A stretch of 63,572 nucleotides of DNA, counting the filler, from Chiloscyllium plagiosum (taxonomy: Eukaryota), in the NCBI RefSeq assembly GCF_004010195.1. It is 3 parts of one record of this genome, joined end to end, with 100 filler letters (N's around TTAATTAATTAA, not from the genome) between each part and the next. Parts side by side here need not be neighbours in the genome. Positions count along the whole stretch, not along the records: positions 46,404 to 63,572 come from NC_057717.1; 2 more parts are not named here. One strand, 5' to 3'. This document shows, piece by piece, positions 59,201 through 63,572 of this stretch. Positions within the stretch are counted from its first letter, which is position 1, and each line of letters begins with the position of its first letter. The position numbers were made by a program, and so were the translations under genes. Under the pieces are notes generated by a model that had not been told where the DNA came from, searched no databases, and saw nothing but the letters and a program-made list of their open reading frames with translations.

Positions 59201-59905
59201 TATCTCTCTCTCTCTCTTTCTCTTTGTTTATCTTCTAACTCCATTTTCCTCAATTGTAATTTATATTTTTCTAGCTCTACTGCACGTGTCTCTTTCTCTG
59301 AAACACATAAGAGTTTGTGTAACTTACTTACAATTTCAACTTTACTTTGTCTTTAGTTGAACACAAACCTAACTTCTTAGTTAAATCTAAAAATATGTTC
59401 TTTTTCTTTATTTCTAAACTTTCTGGAATTATTTGAGAATTATCTTCAAATTCTTGAACTGCTTTCACAATTTTAAGAGCCAATTCTCACACTTTTAATT
59501 GAAGCAATCACAAGTCAAGGGAATTAAACAAATTGTCTGACCTACATTTTATTGCAAGATCCAGGGCACTAACTGCAAGTGTTCAAATCTGCTGGTATTA
59601 TTTTCATTCCTTCAAATCTGTCTCAACCAGTTGAAATCTCAGATGAAAGACCACAAGCTGTTAAATCCCAGCACCGAGACCCAAATTAAGACATGGGGTT
59701 AGCCCCAAGCTCTTCCGCCCCTATCCCCCTTGTTTAAACCAGAAACACAGAAACGATTTAACCAGCGCCGTAATCTGTGAAAATTCAAGAAGCCAAGACC
59801 ATTCAAAATGTCACTGATTCAAGTAAAATCTCGCAATATTTTTTAGGTCTAACAGAGAACAATTAATTATTCCATCTAATGCTCTGTTAGGGAAATTATT
59901 AACCC
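56219..59905 (-). mobile_element. Decayed Gypsy LTR retrotransposon, Gmr1-like (LTR/PBS-gag-PR-IN-RT order)
   Basis: Gag LPHFDEKDVETLLISFE (about 59015); knuckle FFHCGNVRHVKSQC (58340-58385); integrase PAPLLPIPRFEEPFTRVNVDCVRPLP (56735-56810); RT start ICVDYRYINTVTKSD*FPVFRLED (56235-56305); degenerate tRNA-Pro-like PBS at 59665-59683. Confidence 0.85.
57298..57597. mobile_element. Palindromic insert of a third Penelope-like terminus family
   Basis: Inverted arms around about 57462; right arm CTGAAAA-TATTACC..GGGTGTG-GAAACGTC is a decayed hammerhead. Confidence 0.78.
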
Positions 59906-61520
59906 TATTATCCCTGCAAGTCTCCCCTCTCACCCTGCATATTTATTCCGTTAATTACAGTTGTCTATTTGGGGACCTACAGTACAAACTCAATAACGTC
60001 ACCATCCCCTACTTATTTCTTTGCTCCACCCACAAAGCCTCACTGGATGATCCTTTGGTTATTTTATTGCTGATCACTGCTGTGGTGCTCACCTTAAACA
60101 AACATGCAACACCTCCTCCGCTCCTTCTAAGACATTGGTTCATTCAGTTGTCAGTGCTATCTCTCCCTTCGCCATTTTTCTGTAATGGCCATAATATCCC
60201 TATCCAATGTATCTGTTCACGCTCTGAGTTTATCGGCCTTACCTGTCAGCCGTCTTGCTTTGAAACAGAACCAATTTAATCCAATAGACATTTCTTGCTC
60301 ACTGTTGTGTTCCAGCCTGACCTGTATGTCCAAATTACTATTTTTTGATTGCTATGCCTCCTTCCTGCCTCGGACTTGCTTCACAGCTGTTCAGGATCCC
60401 ACTTCTCCTACCAATTATAGTTTTACCCCTCCTTTGCAGCACTGCCAAACCTCGGTGCAATGATATGCCCCCCCCCCAATCCAGGTACAAACCGTCCGTC
60501 TTGAATAGGTCACCTCTGCCGCAGAAGAGATCCCAGTGAACTAAACATCTGAATCCCTGAACACTGCACTAATTCATCAGCTACGCGTTTATCTGCCATA
60601 TCCTCCTGTTCATGCTCTCACTAGCACGTGACACTGGAAATAATCTTGTACTATCATTGTCATGGTTCTGGTTTTTCACGATTTCCCTCGCTCTCTGCAG
60701 TAACTCCACAGGATGTTTCTATCGATGTTTCTATCTATGTCATTTATACCAAATGTACAATGGCGTCTGGCTGCTCACGTCCCCCACCCATATCCACACC
60801 CTCCGAGGACGTTCTGCAGCCACTTGTAGATAACGTGTACCCTGGCACCTGGGAGGCAACACACCATGCTGGATTCCCATTTGCGGCCACAAGGTTTCCT
60901 GTCTGTCCCCCTAACTATTGAGTCTCCTATCTCTAAGCAAACGCCCTTATACTTTTACACTTTCCTGCCGTGCCCCAGAGCCAGTTGTAGTGCAAACCGA
61001 CCTTGCTCCCATTGCTTTCTCCTGAATGGTCATCCGCCTAACATTATCTGAAAAAGTCTACTTGTTTATGAGTGGAATAGCCACAAGGGATTCCTTCACT
61101 CTGCCTTCTACCTGTCAGGGTGGTCACACAGCTACTCTCTGCCTGGAACACGACAAGAAATGATGGTGGATTAAATTGCATCTATTTCAATGCAAGAGGG
61201 CTGACAGGAAAGGCTGATGAATGCAGGGCATGAATTGGTATGTGGGACTGGGATACCACAGTCATTACAAAAGGAGGGACGTGGCTGTGATCACCTCACT
61301 AAATCTCTTCTCTATGAAGTTTTCAGCATCTCGAAAGATCCTGAATGCATCCAGCTCCAGCTCCCGAAAACGTTCGCCCAGGAGTTGCAGATGGGTGAAC
61401 CTCAAACGCATGTCGTCATCAGGGATAGTAGCAGTCTCCCTGAACTCCTACATCCAGCAGATTCTAACTGCCGTCTCAACTCTTGTAAGACTGAAGTTGA
61501 AAGGACTTTACCTGAGCTAA
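59905..61520 (-). mobile_element. Decayed CR1 5' part (ORF1 and EN start) with an inverted insert at 61165-61290
   Basis: LQLLGERFRELELELDAFR at 61340-61400; IGDSIVRGTDRKPCGRK at 60880-60930; EN start at 60150-60283. Confidence 0.85.
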
Positions 61521-62109
61521 CCTGTACTTTTGGCTGACCAGTCGCTTTCCGAAATCTCTCGAACCAAACCCTTACTTCTGACGCTGTTACCAACAAATTT
61601 AGCAAAAGCATATCACTCCATCCCTCCACACCTGCACAACTCCACCCCTCCACCCGTCCGTTTAGATTTGGTTTGGGAAGGAGGGAGACACGGCAGTGAT
61701 GTAGTGTTTGGATCTTCAGCACTCCTCAACAGCAGGCCCAGGATGTTCTACTGCACACTGCAGGTCACTGGTTGGCCTTGGAGGGTATCTGCCTGAGGTC
61801 TTCCATAACAATCTGCATCATCACAGTCCTCTGCTGGTCCTTTCTGGCTATTATATTGCATTTATGAATTCCTTGAATCCGTTGATTGCATTCCAAACTG
61901 TGCCTCACTCCAGAGGGAGAGGGGTTCATGTTCCAGTCTACACAGGGCTATTGGAAAGAGAATATCATAAGACAAAGGCGCAATAGCATTCCCACCCCTC
62001 ACTAAGTCTGACTTTTCTCTCAATAACATTGCATTTATTCTGATATTCCCCTTTTCTACTTCCCTGCAATTTTCCCCATAACCGTTGTTTAAAAACATCT
62101 GATGATAAG

Positions 62110-62399
62110 ATTATTTTACACGGTGGAAACAGGCCCTTCGACCCAACAAGTCCACACCGACCCGCAAACCACCCATACATTTACCCCTTACCTATCACTA
62201 CGGACAATTTAGCATGGCCACTTCACCTGACCTGCACATCTCTGGACTGTCGGAGGAAACCGGAGCACCCGGAAGAAACCCACGCATACACGGGGAGAAT
62301 GTGCAAACTCCACATTGTCAGTCATCTGAGGCGGGAATTGAACGCGGGTTTCTGGCGCTGTGAGGCAGCAGTGCTAACCACTGTGCTACCATGCCACCC
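62110..62399 (-). mobile_element. HE1-type V-SINE, essentially full length
   Basis: Head GGGTGGCATGGTAGCACAGTGGTTAGCAC with B box GTTCAATTCC; V domain TGCACATTCTCCCCGTG..CCGGGTGCTCCGGTTTCCTCC; CR1/HER1-type tail GAAGGGCCTGTTTCCAC. Confidence 0.92.
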
Positions 62400-62401
62400 G
62401 C

Positions 62402-63095
62402 AAGGCCATAAGTCCATTAGTAATAGGAGTGGAAGTAAGGCCATTCAGCCAATCGAGTCCACTCCGCTACTCAATCATTGCGGATGGGCATTTCAAACTC
62501 CGTATCCCTTAATTCCTTCTGAGATTAAACATTATATAAATCTCTGCCTTGAAGACATTTAATGTCCCGGCTTCCACTGCGCTCTGTGGCCATGAATTCG
62601 CCAGGGCCGCCACTCTCTGGTTGAAGTAATGTCTCCTGATTTCCGTTTGAAATTGACGCCCTCCAATTTTAAGGCTCTTCCCACGAGTCCTGGTATCCTC
62701 AATTGACGGAAACAATTTCCAGTGTCCACTCTTTCTCAGCTATACATTATCTTGTAAGCTTCTATTAGATTTCCCCTATAACGAATATAATTCCAGGATC
62801 TTCAGCAGTTCATCATGTGTCAGGCCTAACATTCCAGGAGCCATTCGTGTGAATCTCCAGTGTCAGTATGTCCTTCCTGAGGGCGTCCAAAACTGGACAC
62901 AATATTCTAAATGCTGCCTAACCAGAGCTTTATAAAGTATCAGTCGCACTTCACTGCTTTTACATTCCAACCCTCCCGAAATAAATGACAACATTAAATT
63001 TGCTTTCTTAACCTCGGACTCAACTTGTAAATCATCCTATATAGAATCCCATACGTGTGCTAGTATATACCTTTGTAGTTTGGCTTTATGAATTT
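62402..63095 (-). mobile_element. CR1 3' end
   Basis: TRTRGKSLKIGGRQFQTEIRRHYFNQRV..W..AVEAGTLNVFK in ORF 62509-62715. Confidence 0.9.
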
Positions 63096-63102
63096 TCATA
63101 AA

Positions 63103-63572
63103 GCCCTCCATTCACTCCGTTGCAACCCCAACCTCACTATCAAACCAGCAGACAAGGGAGGCGCAGTAGTTGTTTGGTGCACCGACCTTTACACCGCTGA
63201 GGCCAAACGCCAGCTCGCAGATACCTCTTCCTACTGCCCCCTTGACCATGACCCCACCCCCCACCATCAAACCATCATCTCCCAGACCGTCCATAATCTC
63301 ATCACCTCGGGGGATCTCCCATCCACCGCCTCCAACCTCATAGTCCCACAACCCCGCACCTCCCGCTTCTACCTCCTGCCCAAAATCCACAAACCTGACT
63401 GCCCCGGCCGACCCATTGTCTCCGCCTGCTCCTGCCCCACCGAACTCATCTCCGCATACCTTGACACCGTCCTGTCCCCCTTAGTCCAAGAACTCCCCAC
63501 CTACGTTCGGGACACCACCCACGCCCTCCACCTGCTCCATGATTTTCGCTTCCCCGGACCCCAACGCCTTAT
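63103..63572 (+). mobile_element. Young Penelope-like element RT, 5'-truncated, open to the window edge
   Basis: Stop-free ALHSLRCNPNLTIKPADKGGAVVVW..RFYLLPKIHKPDCPGRPIVSACSCPTE..LPTYVRDT; DKG and PKIHK..RPIVS are PLE RT hallmarks. Confidence 0.95.

Noticed and set aside
62325..62399. tRNA gene (also 44255-44326 and 18682-18760)
   Set aside because: tRNA-derived SINE heads that continue into SINE bodies.

Overview
Vertebrate, almost certainly shark (elasmobranch), genomic DNA, judged from an HE1-type V-SINE, HER1/CR1-type LINE tails and shark-type Penelope termini. It has six assembly gaps and is overwhelmingly nested, decayed transposable-element sequence. Main components: many CR1-clade LINEs; a second CR1/L2-group LINE family (called 'family B' here); Penelope-like elements (PLEs), including short palindromic PLE-terminus inserts with minimal hammerhead-ribozyme cores; tRNA-derived SINEs; a Gypsy element with Gmr1-like integrase-before-RT order; and a decayed, intron-containing Myb/SANT gene of Harbinger type. 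Two young retroelement frames are open and run off the window edges, so the ORF track misses them: CR1 ORF2 at 1715->1 and a PLE RT at 63103->end. No intact host protein-coding gene is evident. There are weak traces of a possible minus-strand secreted or membrane-protein gene (leader-like exon at 22.8 kb flanked by kappaB-like sites, Ig-like pseudo-exon at 16.9 kb, basic micro-exon at 11.5 kb). There are also three related TALE-decamer/CCAAT promoter-like modules, two of them in an old segmental duplication. Everything was read by eye with no database search, and TE boundaries are approximate (tens of bp). I found no clearly established new system; the best leads are the hammerhead hairpins with homogenised centres, the Harbinger Myb relic and the cryptic exon/promoter set.
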